Positions 1 to 12,000 of a stretch of 64,000 nt of DNA are shown in pieces. The notes under the pieces are model-generated. The model was not told where the DNA came from. It saw only the letters and a list, made by a program, of their open reading frames with translations, and made no database searches. Origin of the DNA: Macrostomum hystrix (lineage: Eukaryota > Animalia > Platyhelminthes); NCBI GenBank assembly GCA_950097015.1, contig CATNEN010000026.1, positions 310,001 to 374,000 on the forward strand, given 5' to 3'. A program made the position numbers and the translations under genes. Each line of letters opens with the position of its first letter. Positions within the stretch are counted from its first letter, which is position 1.

Positions 1-685
1 TCCTCCGTTGAAACGGATCTTTAGGTCTGGATCGTGAAGACGGGCAGGAGTTGATGCACTATGAGTTAGGTTGAGTCCTGGGGGCTCATCACGAGGACAC
101 TCATATAGCGGAAATCATCAGACGCTGAGATGAACTTGCAGCCGTTGTGTCCACATGCAACACCATCCATCTTGAAGGCCTTACCCTAACTAGGGTAACT
201 GCTAGGTAACTGCTTACCACGAAAGGAGGAGGTTGGCTGTCTTTTTATTAAACTTTGGAGCTAGATTAGTTCAAAGTTATTTTCAGCGCCGAATCAACTC
301 AACCCACTGAAGCAACTGCACAGAAATTTGTAAGTGCTAATTATCTAGTATTCAGAAAGTAAAAGTTCACTAATTTGCAGAAATCAGTCAATTTTTAGGG
401 GAAATCCAGAAATATATATTTAATCAATAAAAAACCAAAGTTAGTAAACATGAGCTTTTGTGAAAAATATCAATGGGCGCTTCTGATTACTGTTTATATA
501 ACTCCCTAAATTTAGGTCCTTAAAAGTATGGTATCAGAATTCCACGTGATTATCTTTTGATTAATCAACTCTTGATAATAAATAATATTTATAAGGAATA
601 ATCGACTTTAAATAGTTCTCACAAATGATTAGGGTCATGGCACCAGAGTTGTTGTTCTGTAACCACCATTTGTTCACACGTGAAT

Positions 686-3600
686 CTACAATTTATGACT
701 GCTCCTCATTTCAATTGGGGCTACTGAGCTCTTCTTCAGCTTGAGGATCACCAGCACCAGCAGGGCAGCCAGCAGCAGGCCGGCCAGGTAGGAGGCGGAC
801 ACAATCATCAGCCGGATGTCATTGCTCAGCAGGCTATTAGGCTCCGTTGGCGGCGTCGGGCGCTTCTTCAGCTCTTCAATCTCCTCTTTGGCATCCTGTT
901 AGAGAAATCGAAAAGCTGGAAATTATGTTTCCATTCTTTGCCATTATCTTGCAGTAATTATAAAAACGATCGTATAATTGTTTTAGAGAGAAATCTTCAA
1001 GGAAGCGGAACAGACACAATAAATCACGATGGCATATGGACTATTGAGGACTATTGAGATGTGTATATAGAGGCCACTGGTCAAGCTTATTGTTGTGCTT
1101 GGAACCTGATATTTCTACTTATTTTGGGGTTTAGGGCAGTTAGTATTAGGTAGCTAGTGTGCATTGTGGAGTGGTACTTTGTGGTATGGCGAGGGATCAA
1201 AGTGAAATAAGCAATCCGAGGATTTTTTAAAAATGGTTAAATGTGCAGACCGTGAGCCGATCTCGCTGGTCCCTCTCAGCGCACAATCCAAGGTAAACAA
1301 CCAGCCGCCGGAAGTCGGTATTTGATTGGTAGCGCCCATTCATCAGTGTAAAGTCGAGAGAGTCTCCATTGAAGCAGGGCTCCTTGGCCTTCACATTTCG
1401 GTACCAGGTTAGACATTGGTCCGAGCAGCGGTACTCGTACATGTGCTGGCACTCGCTTTCGATGTCCTTCTGATACTTTTTGATCAGCTGGCCCGATGTA
1501 ATGGACTTGATGTCGCAGCCGTCGACAAAATATTCTGTTTGAATAGCGTGCACAGGTGTAGGTGGAGGTTGAGTTAAAAAAAACGGAAAAAAGAAACCTA
1601 AGCAGCTAGTTCAAGCGCTAAAATTATTTTAACTTTTTTTGAACCCGACCTTGCGAGTCGAAATAGTCATCTCTGTTCTCAATTTTTTTATACGACTCAC
1701 GGGTAACACTCTTAAGACCCAGGACGCAGTAGTCGATTTTGCCAAAGCTGGAGCACAGGTCAACGTTTGGCCAAGTCTGCGCCTTGGTCCTATTGTGCGG
1801 GAAGTACTGGAAGAAGCTGTAGCACATCTCCTCCTGGGTGGACTCGCCCCAGTAGACGCTGCGGTTGGTGCCCACAGTGCTGTAGTAGCAATCGGTGCGA
1901 ATCTCATCACCAGGCAGGTAGTCGATTGGCTGGGCGTACTCAAACACAATCGGTGTGTCGTAGTCGAAACTGTGCATTGGAATGAGGTCTCGAACCTTCT
2001 GGCCACCGCGCCAGAGAGTCACCTGCGGCGTTGCAAAATCAGGTTTGCTTCTTTACTACAAAGCTAAGTTTAGAATAAAGGTCATGAATCTAATTAAATA
2101 ATCAATGCTACTCACCTCACCCCTTGTCCCGTACAGGTGCATGTGCAGGGTGCCCCAGAGCAGCTTGTAGCCACTATCTGGTGGCAGGAGCTCTTGCGAG
2201 CTGCGCTTGTCGCTGATAGCCATCCGGTGAATCTCCTTCTGTCTGGGTGCCAGGTCCAGCTTCACCTGGCCGTACATTATCACGCCGGTGTCGAACTGTC
2301 TCAGCGTCGGCGAGAAGTACAATTCGAAGCCGGACTCGTCGTACCAATTGGTGACGCCAGCCGGGTTGTTCCAGTGCAGCTGCAGCACAACGAACTGGTA
2401 GCCTTCGACGCCGAATGGGGCACCCACATTGTCCCGGTAGCAATTTCCAGGCCGCATGCCCAGACCCCACAGGTCGATGAGATTGTAGCAGTTGGCTGCG
2501 CTCATGCCGCATTCGAATGGCTTGTTCAGTTGCACTGGGTTGGGGATGGGTCAGAGAGGAAGATTTGGGGTTGGTTGAGCTACTTTGTTGACTGCTGTAG
2601 CTTTGATTGAGCGCATGTCGTGCTTGAGAATTTTCAAAGTACTGTTGTTTGTAACAATGTCCAGTAATTTCCAACAATCTCAGACTCGACCTAAACATAT
2701 TGACCTAAAATAAAATATAATGTCAAAGAAAGAATTTTTTTGCATGTCTGATACATCTTTCTAGTAATTGAAATTAAATCAGAAGATAAATGGTAGGCGA
2801 AAAAATTGCTAACTTTGCGAATCCGGAACTATTTAATCGATACCAACGTTTAGGACTGTGAATAGTGGAGCGCCAAGGCTTACCATTAGGCTTGCTAGTG
2901 CACCCGTAGATAATCATATGATGCAGCACAGCGGGGTTGTCAATAATGGGCACGGCGGCGATCATGTGCTCCTTTTGCATCCGGCTGACCTCATAGGCCT
3001 GGCACATGTAGGTGGTCTCCTTCTGCGGCACCGCAGTCCTGTTCAGCCGCATGGACATCTGGCGCACTCCCGGCTGGTGGATGGCGCTGCAGTTGAACTG
3101 CTCCGGGCATTTGAAATCCCCGTTGAGCTTGACGCACTTGTCAGAGTGCACCGGCTCGCAGATGCCCGGGTGAGTGATGTTGGTGGTGCGGCCCGGCGTG
3201 GCGCCCTCTTTCCACACGCAGTCGGGGTCGCCAAGCTCCTCGCCGTTCGTACGGCCATCTCCGTCGGAGTCTTTGCGGCACAGATCCTGGGTCCATTTCT
3301 GTTACAGGGTTCACAAGGGGTAGTAGATGCGTCCCTGTCCTATAGTTAACTTCATACAGTGTTCTCAGAGGATAATTTAAACATCTAAAGTTTATTTTTC
3401 ACCGCAGATTATTTATCAAAACATTATTTGTGAAACCTGACGTTGCTGTTACTATTGACTGAAACCTGACATTGCTGTCACTATTGACTGAAACCTGACA
3501 TTGCTGTCACTCTTGACTGAAACCTGACATCGCTGAACTCGTTGACCTCGCCTACTCACCAATCCCGCAGCTTTGAAGTCCACCCCAAATGGATTACGCG

Positions 3601-3778
3601 GTCCACCACCAGCCTGGTTGAAGTGCCCGACGCCCGGCCACAGCTCGGCGGAGTTGCACGGACTCTGGACGCCGTTGCCGTTGGGCACCCGAACAGCAAA
3701 GTACGGATGAGCGGTTGCCAGGCGGCTGGTTGCCAAGGCAACGAGCAGCGTCGCCAGAAAGGCTGCTACAGACCGCAT
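686..3778 (-). CDS. Temptin-domain + copper type II ascorbate-dependent monooxygenase (DBH/MOXD1-like), signal peptide and C-terminal TM helix, ~622 aa, 6 exons
   Basis: Exons 3778-3560, 3298-2884, 2534-2116, 2022-1701, 1534-1251, 895-686. All introns are GT-AG and phase-consistent; the donor at 1250 (GTCTGC) is weak. The N-terminus (VPNG..PC..GVGH..GGGPRNPFGVDFKAAGLKWTQDLCRKDSDGDGRTNGEELGDPDC) matches Aplysia temptin. Copper ligands are present: LHHMIIY, LQLHWNNP, LHMHLYG, EEMC. The last exon encodes a hydrophobic helix. Confidence 0.9.
3431..3535. repeat. 29-bp tandem repeat, ~3.5 copies, intron 1 of the monooxygenase
   Basis: Unit TGAAACCTGACATTGCTGTCACTATTGAC starts at 3431, 3460, 3489 and 3518. 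Confidence 0.9.
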
Positions 3779-4568
3779 TTGTTTTGCAAACTGACTTGAA
3801 AATGAAAGTTTTCGTCCAGAAAAACGTTTTTACACCACCCTTGCACAATTTTATTCTCACCTGTGCTCTCTCGGACTTTTATGACCCAGAGTGTTCGCAA
3901 CAAAAATAGATTGTACTTCTATGTCACGCTATTGCTACCTGGCAACAAACATTAATCAGACTTACCAAATTTGGGGAAGGCATTTTGGCTTGATCTAGCT
4001 GTTGCAGTAGCCGTCATGGCGCGGTTACTGGAACTGGCACTGTGCGTCATCTCACATTTGTGATTAGATAAGAGGAGATCACTCAAGCACTGCAGCTGCA
4101 ATTTTAATAGTTGCTCAAAGTTGAGTCAGAGCTGCCAGAGATAATAGCGAACAACGAAAACTAGTTACACTAGTTACTCATATTTTCAAGCGAAAAAGAA
4201 CTCGCCATTTAGTTGTTCTGCTAGACTAGTCCTGATTGCTAAGACAAATCTAAAACAAAACTTTTTGTAAATTCTTTTCTTAGTCGGTCAAAAAGTAATT
4301 TACGGGATAAAAGTTATATTTCAGTGCTGTTTCTAAAATTACTCGTACTTACCTGCTTACTGCACATTGGGAGTGCCACTTCGATAAACTTGCACGAAAA
4401 TTTTTAATTGACTGTATTAAAAGTGCTTCAGGGACTTTTTCAACCGGCTGATGGAGGCTTTGGCCTTACACTACTCCCGTAACTCTTAGCTCTTAACTCT
4501 CAACTGAGGCCCATTGTTTTGTAATTAATTAGTAATTTTAAACAGTATAATAAAATAAATGCACAAGG

Positions 4569-4818
4569 ACTCTGAGCACTGGCACTGCATTTGGGGACAG
4601 AAGCCACAGCCAGCGAGGAGGCAATTATGGCCATTTCGCAGACTCCTGAGCACACACGCACACATGCAGATACTGTTCGCAGGCACGCGCTCACAATGGG
4701 TGTACATCTGCCCTGACTTTATGAAACTTTGATTGTGATTTGGAGGTTGGCCCTCAATGGCCAACCGACTGACCTCAACTAAATGTGGCCTCGCGAAAAA
4801 AATCGAACTCAGGGACAT
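4569..4818 (-). mobile_element. SINE family A copy, degenerate, head eroded
   Basis: Shares cagccagcgaggaggcaatt, ctcctgagcacacac, caggcac.cgctcaca and tggaggttggccctcaa with the TSD-flanked copy at 49897-50242. Confidence 0.75.
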
Positions 4819-4985
4819 TGGTGAATAACAGAGGTAGAAAACGCAACTCAATTTCCTTTTATTTGCAAGTCAGCTTTGTATAGTCCCATTACTCGTGCAT
4901 TTATAAGAGAAATCACAAACATGGTCCCGAACTTTGAACATCTTACACCCGAGGACAAAGCGACCTTCTTAACAGTAGAAGACTA

Positions 4986-5287
4986 CGGGGGTCGGCAAAC
5001 TTATTAGCTAGCGGGCCGAAGAGAGAACCTAAAAGACGACAGCGGGCCGCATTGACTGTAGAAATATGAGATAGGGGAGAGATAGGACAGAGAAGAGATG
5101 ACAGGAGAGATGAGACACGGGAGAGATGAGACAGCGGAGAGATGAGACAGGGGAGCGATGAGACCTAGGAGAAATGAGGCAGGATAATATATATCAGGAT
5201 ACAGTAGGTGTCGGAAGGGTCAACGGGCCGGATTTGGGAACTTCGAGGGCCGCATGTGGCCTGCGGGCCGGAGTTTGCCGACCCCTG
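4986..5287. mobile_element. Non-autonomous hAT/Charlie-like MITE, ~300 bp
   Basis: 16-bp TIRs CGGGGGTCGGCAAACT / AGTTTGCCGACCCCTG (1 mismatch) and subterminal CGGGCCG motifs typical of hAT-Charlie elements. No 8-bp TSD is visible. Confidence 0.7.
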
Positions 5288-6064
5288 CTCTACAATTCCC
5301 TAACTGCGTCGATAATGTCCGTAAAATGTTGAACGTAATCTGCTCATGAGCAAATACAAAAATACGCACTTCAACTACCACCTGAAAAGCAAGAGAGCAA
5401 AATAAATTGAAGGCGTATGAGTTAACAGAACTTCTGAACTAAATCTTCAAGCTATAATTGTAGGCAAACGTTTATTGCAAAATAGCATGAAAATAGTTAA
5501 TCATGTCACAGAACGACACAAGCGAAGCAGTTTCTGGAGTAAAAAATATATTTTTTAATTGAAGCAAAGAGAAACTAGTCATATTCCAATTTTTGTTGCA
5601 GTTTTTGCTTTCTCAAAGCAATTATTAACTAAGAAGGACAAGTACTAAACTCAGAGCCAGAGCTCTTTGTCTAGAGCAGATGACGACGCTTATATACAGG
5701 TAAAGTAAAAAGTATTCACCAAAAATCCGAAGTCTAAAACAAATAAAGAACTACAAGTGCTAAGTGAAGACGAGCGACTTGCGAGTATCGAGCTTAAGAA
5801 TCGTTCATACGTGTATTATCGACTCCGAAGAAAGTTGAACTCCACTACTCATAGTAGGTTGGCTAATAGAACTGAAAAAAATCGAGGCTCGGAAAATAGA
5901 AACTGCATGGAAGGCGAGAAAGAGAAGATTGCTTATCTATTAGAACTACAGTGAACCGCTAGACACTCATTTTCACTGCTGCGTGTGCGAACCATGTGTA
6001 GTCAATAGGAAGTAAAGACTAAACTATGTGAGAAAATTATTGAACAAATATGAGCCGAATACTG

Positions 6065-9000
6065 CTAGATGACGGGACCCGTCTTCTTCCCGACTTCGTC
6101 GTCCCACTTGTCGCCCTGTTCGGCAACGTCCGCGCAGTCCCCGACTACTGGCTCCAAGGACAGAAGTTCGGGTTCCGGCTTTTGGGCGGCCTGCACTTTG
6201 TTGTAGGACGGACTTTTCAGCCGGCGCTGAGTGGACATGCGAGGAGAGACGAAGGTATGCGACTAGTGTCAGTTGAAATTGTCGCAAACGTCTGTGTATC
6301 AGCTCACAAAGACTCTGTGTATCAGCTCACAAAGCATGTGTGTATCAGCTCACAAAGCATTTGTGTATCAGCTCACAAAGCATTTGTGTATCAGCTCACA
6401 AAGCATTTGTGTATCAGCTCACAAAGCATTTGTGTATCAGCTCACAAAGCATTTGTGTATCAGCTCACAAAGCATGTGTGTATCAGCTCACAAAGCATGT
6501 GTGTATCAGCTCACAAAGCATTTGTGTATCAGCTCACAAAGCATGTGTGTATCAGCTCACAAAGCATTTGTGTATCAGCTCACAAAGCATTTGTGTATCA
6601 GCTCACAAAGCATTTGTGTATCAGCTCACAAAGCATTTGTGTATCAGCTCACAAAGCATGTGTGTATCAGCTCACAAAGCATTTGTGTATCAGCTCACAA
6701 AGCATTTGTGTATCAGCTCACAAAGCATTTGTGTATCAGCTCACAAAGCATTTGTGTATCAGCTCACAAAGCATGTGTGTATCAGCTCACAAAGCATTTG
6801 TGTATCAGCTCACAAAGCATTTGTGTATCAGCTCACAAAGCATTTGTGTATCAGCTCACAAAGCATTTGTGTATCAGCTCACAAAACATCTGTGTATCAG
6901 CTCACAAAGCATCTGCTCAAAAACTAGCCGATTCTACCCCATCTGCTGGGCTTACCAGCAGGCCTCGCAGGCAGGGCATGATGTACTTCTCCTCTGGCTC
7001 ACTGGCGTTGGCGTCCAACATGTTTGGTAGGCTGACTAGCAGGCCGATCAGCAGACACGAACCCACTCCGATCGGACCGTACCATTGGAATGAGACGCTG
7101 TATAATCCGGCCAGACCGCTGGGCAGTTCGCCCAGGCCGGCTGTCGTTGTTCTCATTGCCGTCATCGTCACTGACGTGAGCGACGCTGTGACATTGAAGT
7201 CTTCTGCGCTGCTGCAGTTGGCGTTGGGCAGCGGCAGCATTACCGGGCCGCCGCTGCTGCCGCCGCTGGCCAATGAGCCGATGCAGATCCAGCCAACGAG
7301 GATCAGCGAGGCCAGCGAGCCGAAAAAGGCGCCCTGCCAGGTGCTCTTCGGCACGCACGCGGCCAGCAGGTAGACGCCGAGGGTGGCCCCGGTGCTGGCA
7401 TTAAGTAGTGAGGCCGATATCTGTGCCAGAGAGACGCCGCTGATGAACGAAGAGGCGAAGGCGATCACCGCGCCCAGTACGCCGTAAGCCACCACTAAAT
7501 AAGTTCAAGTCAGACTGTTTGTATCCTAATTTGACTACTTGCAGTAGAAATATGCGCATCACATCTGCGTGTCAAAAGCAGTACAATCACGATCGAGCTT
7601 TATTACCCAGATTTCAGAATTAGGATAAGAAGAAAAATATTTTACAGTTTAAAATTCGAGTTCCGATCTGCATCACGTCAAAAAGCTCGTAATGGCTTTG
7701 ACTACGACGATTAATTAAAAAAATACAAGGTTTGTACTTTTACAGTTTTAATCTAGCAGTGGCAGAATTCCTTGGCACAGCAATGTCAGACAAAGAAGAT
7801 ATTGGGACACAACATGCATGAACTTCATGGATAATGCAGCTACTGATAGAGCTCATTGAGAATGCTTGTGCTCCAGTGTGAATAGCGGGGTACACGCATC
7901 TCAGTTTACTAAAATGGCGACCAGACTACTAGCTTCCTGCTGCATAGGGCCGCCCCAGGTACTCGTACCGAAGTACTGCAGCATTCTCATGCCATTGTGT
8001 GATGGCTGACCAAGTTTATGAGAGAAGCTACTCAACTCAATTTCTTTTCTAGCTGTTTTATTTCATCTCTTAGTAATCTTTGATAGAGAATATTTTGATT
8101 AGAATATATTATTAACCCTTAAAAGATTGCCTTCTCTCCACCTGGTTTAGGTAGTCTGGTACAGAAATTTATGAAGTCTCGCACTCCAACAAAGCAGCAT
8201 AGGACATTTAGGCAATTACAGAAATCGTAGAAGCAATCTTAGGACTTGCTTTTTGAGAAACTTACAAACTTACAAAATATTCAATGCAAGAAGCTTAAAG
8301 TGAATGAGAACAACCTCAGCTCCACTCACCTAGCCATTTGGTCAACACTGTGGCTTTGTCATCGGACAGTTGTCGATAGGGTTGGATGAAGTCGATGACT
8401 GTGACGGCTGCCTGCGAGTTCAGCACCGTGCTGGTTGTGCTGGAATAGCAATTGCAATGAAAACTGCGTCGTAGGAGACATTGCGTGGATATGCCAATAG
8501 GAAATGAAGAGGATGGGGGCTGGCTGGTACTGGTTGGTATTGCAGGATGGGGCTGGCTGGGACTGGTTGGTATTGCAGGATGGGGCTGGCTGGGACTGGT
8601 TGGTATTGCAGGATGGGGCTGGCTGGGACTGGTTGGTATTGCAGGATGGGGCTGGCTGGGACTGGTTGGTATTGCAGGATGGGGCTGGCTGGGACTGGTT
8701 GGTATTGCAGGATGGGGCTGGTTGGGACTGGTTGGTATTGCAGGATGGGGCTGGCTGGGACTGGTTGGTATTGCAGGATGGGGCTGGCTGGGACTGGTTG
8801 GTATTGCAGGATGGGGCTGGCTGGGACTGGTTGGTATTGCAGGATGGGGCTGGCTGGGACTGGTTGGTATTGCAGGATGGGGCTGGCTGGCACTAATAAG
8901 ACATTTGCATCCGCCTACACTTCCCATGCTCGCACCTGAACGCTCCGCTGAGGATGCAGGCGATGAGTATGCCGCCGAATGACGGAATTTGCAGCTCGTT

Positions 9001-12000
9001 CTTCACGTAGTAAGGAAGCAGCTGAAAAAAACGGGAAAAGTGTTATTAATTTCAAAGTCGGACACAGCTGGCTACAATGGACAGCCGATTTCAGTACTCT
9101 GTCTTGCCTCATTGACGGACTTGATTGAAGAGGCCGAGAACGGGTCGCAGCCGCGAATCGCGTAGAAGGCAAACAGAGCATAGCCAGTCAGAGCCAGCAG
9201 TGTGAACAGGATGAACACGCCCAGCACGTTCAGAATTATCGACCTGAGGGTGGCCGATTTGTGAGGACAGGTATATTAGATTTACCTGGCCACTAATATA
9301 CCTGTGAGTCTATCCGTCCCAGCTACTATTCAACCCATACCAGCGCCTCATCACCGTGCCCATTTACCCATTTTCATTCATCTAAGCTTTCATTCATTCA
9401 TCTTTCATTCATCTACTCATCAGTGTCTTGTCACTCATCACCCACCCCAGTGTCTTGTCACTCATCACCCACCCCAGTGTCTTGTCACTAATCACCACCC
9501 CAGTGTCTATCGTCACCCACCCAAATAAATAAGTGTATTATCTGTCCCAGTGTCTTGTCACTCGTCACCCACCCCAGTGTCTAGTGCATGATTGTCTCAC
9601 CATTTGGCTTTAGCAAGCGTCGGCAGGGAGCCGAACCTCTGAAAGGCGGCCTGGTTCGGTCCGTACCAGGGAATCCAGCCGAACATCACCCCGATGGAGC
9701 TGCTCCAAACTGTGATGCGGACTCGTGGATCGATTCTCCAATCGATCGCTTCAAACCGGCCCCATCGCGAGCTGAGGTCGAACACGTTAGCGAAGCCGTC
9801 GGAGTCGATGGAAGCCTAAAGTTTTTGAATTTAAAAGTCCAAATGTTGAATTTCCTTTCGAATCGATTGGCGTTAAGAAGCAGAGCAACGCGATATGATT
9901 ACCTTGACAACCACAGCGAGAAGGCCGATGAGAATAAAGAATGATTGAAATACATCAGACCAGATCACCGCCTTGATGCCGCCCTAAATTATTTTGAAGA
10001 CCTTTACAATTTAGTATACGTCTTGGTTTGCTTAGGCAGTTGTTAAACATTTACGACTTACAAGCGCGGTGTAAATAACGGAGATCACACTGATGATCAG
10101 AATACCAGCCCACTGGGGAATGTCCATGACTGTAAGTGAAACGATTTATAACAAATGGCTTTCTTGGAAAACTGTGAGTTAAAGACACAAACGGGCGGGA
10201 GCAAAAAAATAACGATAGACGACTCCTAGGCTCCTATATGTTTTAGCTCCTCGTAATTTCTCATTCCACACAGTGAAGGAGACCTTGACCTTGAAGCACG
10301 CACAGCATGCGTGTCAGTGTATTATCTGTCTTCTTTGAATGGCTGTTAAAAGTAGATATTTAGACTTATCACACTTGGACTTATCACACTTATCAGACTT
10401 ATCAAACTTATGAATTTGACCTTGAAGCATGCACAGCATGCATGAGAGTGTATTATCTGTCTGATTTGAATGGCTGTTAAAAGTACATATTTAGAATTAT
10501 CACACTCTCGTGACGAGATTAGGGTACCAGTTTGCTAGCCTAAATACGGCTTGATAGTAGCTTAATTCTGTAAGGCATTACATAACTTTACCATATGCGA
10601 ATATAGCCACTAGAAAGAAAATATAAATAAGAAATATTGCAAAAATGTTTTGCAAAGAATGTTTTTGTTCTTTTTTAAACTGTAGCTAGAGATTGTTCAT
10701 TGCTAACTATAAACATAATAATAAAAATATAAGCTCGTAGGAGTGATAGTGTTAGAGTGAATGGACACATAAGAATAGAGTCATTAGATGGATAGAAGTT
10801 TCATAGTACAGTAGGAGCTAATACCCAAACGCAATATGAAATGAAGCACCACACCTGAATCTAGTGCTATCGCCGGAGCCAGCTGCGCCACAGCTAGATA
10901 CAGAACCTGCGGAGCGTGCGCGTTATGTGAGACAGCTGCAGCTTAGTCATCGAAATGCTGTGCTTTAAAGCGATAATAAGATCGCACAAAACCGGCAGTC
11001 ACATAGGGTGCGAGTTTCGAGATCCACGGGAACTTTGACTGGTTCTGCTACATTGGCAAAGTGAACTAGGGCATGCTTAGTTGCTTAGTTATTCTAGCTA
11101 GCACATTTTGAACTTTAGTTCTATTCTCTTTAACAGCAATGCCTAACTATAATTATAATATGTGCTTTTGATTATATTTTACTGTGAAAACATGCAATCA
11201 ATCTATCTGTTCTGTCTCTCGGCCTTTGCTTTTTGGAAATTGAGACCACGTGTTCTGATGGGACCATTGTTACTGTAGCTTTTCAGAGATGTGTTCGTCT
11301 TGCAAATTGTACCTTAGACAATTTAAGAGCTAGGAATTATTCCTCTGTGCTAGATAAAACTCACGCTAGTGATGACGTACAACAGAGTGCTCCAGTACCT
11401 GATGAACTTGTTCTGGTAGCGCAGCTCCAGGTACTGAAAGAGAGACGATACGAACTCGCTTGTTTATTCAATATTAGAAAGACCTCGCTAATTACCCTGG
11501 GGAACGACCAGTAGTTTCGGTAGTGAGTTGCGGAGCCATTACACGGCGAGGTACACATTCATTTGGGGCGCAGCCGTGGAGAGAAGGCTTGGGGCCTTGT
11601 TGTGCAGTTTACACCCTTCAGTGTTAACCTCCAAGGCACAGTGAGAGTGTACACTGCCTGATGATGAGAAAGTGAGGGCAGTTGTACACACCTACGGGTG
11701 TCTACGGGCATTGAGCTAATGAAGCATCCTTCGGTGACAGTCGAACTACAGCCAGCGAGGGTACAACTCTCAACTTAGAGCACACAGCCGAGAGTCCTGA
11801 GTACACAGAGGCTCACGGACGTGTAGACAGGTACACTTGTGAGCGGTCGGAACATCTGCGTTGATTTTTTCTTATAACCAGGCAATGCACACTCTCGCTG
11901 TTCCTTGACGTCTAAGCGCTCATGGCTGCAAATTGCACTACAAGCCCCATCGCCTCAAATTAATGTGGCCATTGTGGACCTTGTCGCGAGAGTCGGGCGC

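Noticed and set aside
1-180. Possible non-LTR RT remnant on the minus strand (FRYMSV resembles FKYLG)
   Set aside because: Only one short motif, interrupted by stops and cut by the window edge; not supportable.
6050-7373. Long ORFs of 195-366 aa
   Set aside because: Translations of the 23-bp array plus antisense of SLC5 exons.
8316-8982. Repetitive ORFs in several frames (PHPAIPTS, GWGWLG etc.)
   Set aside because: 33-bp stop-free intronic repeat.
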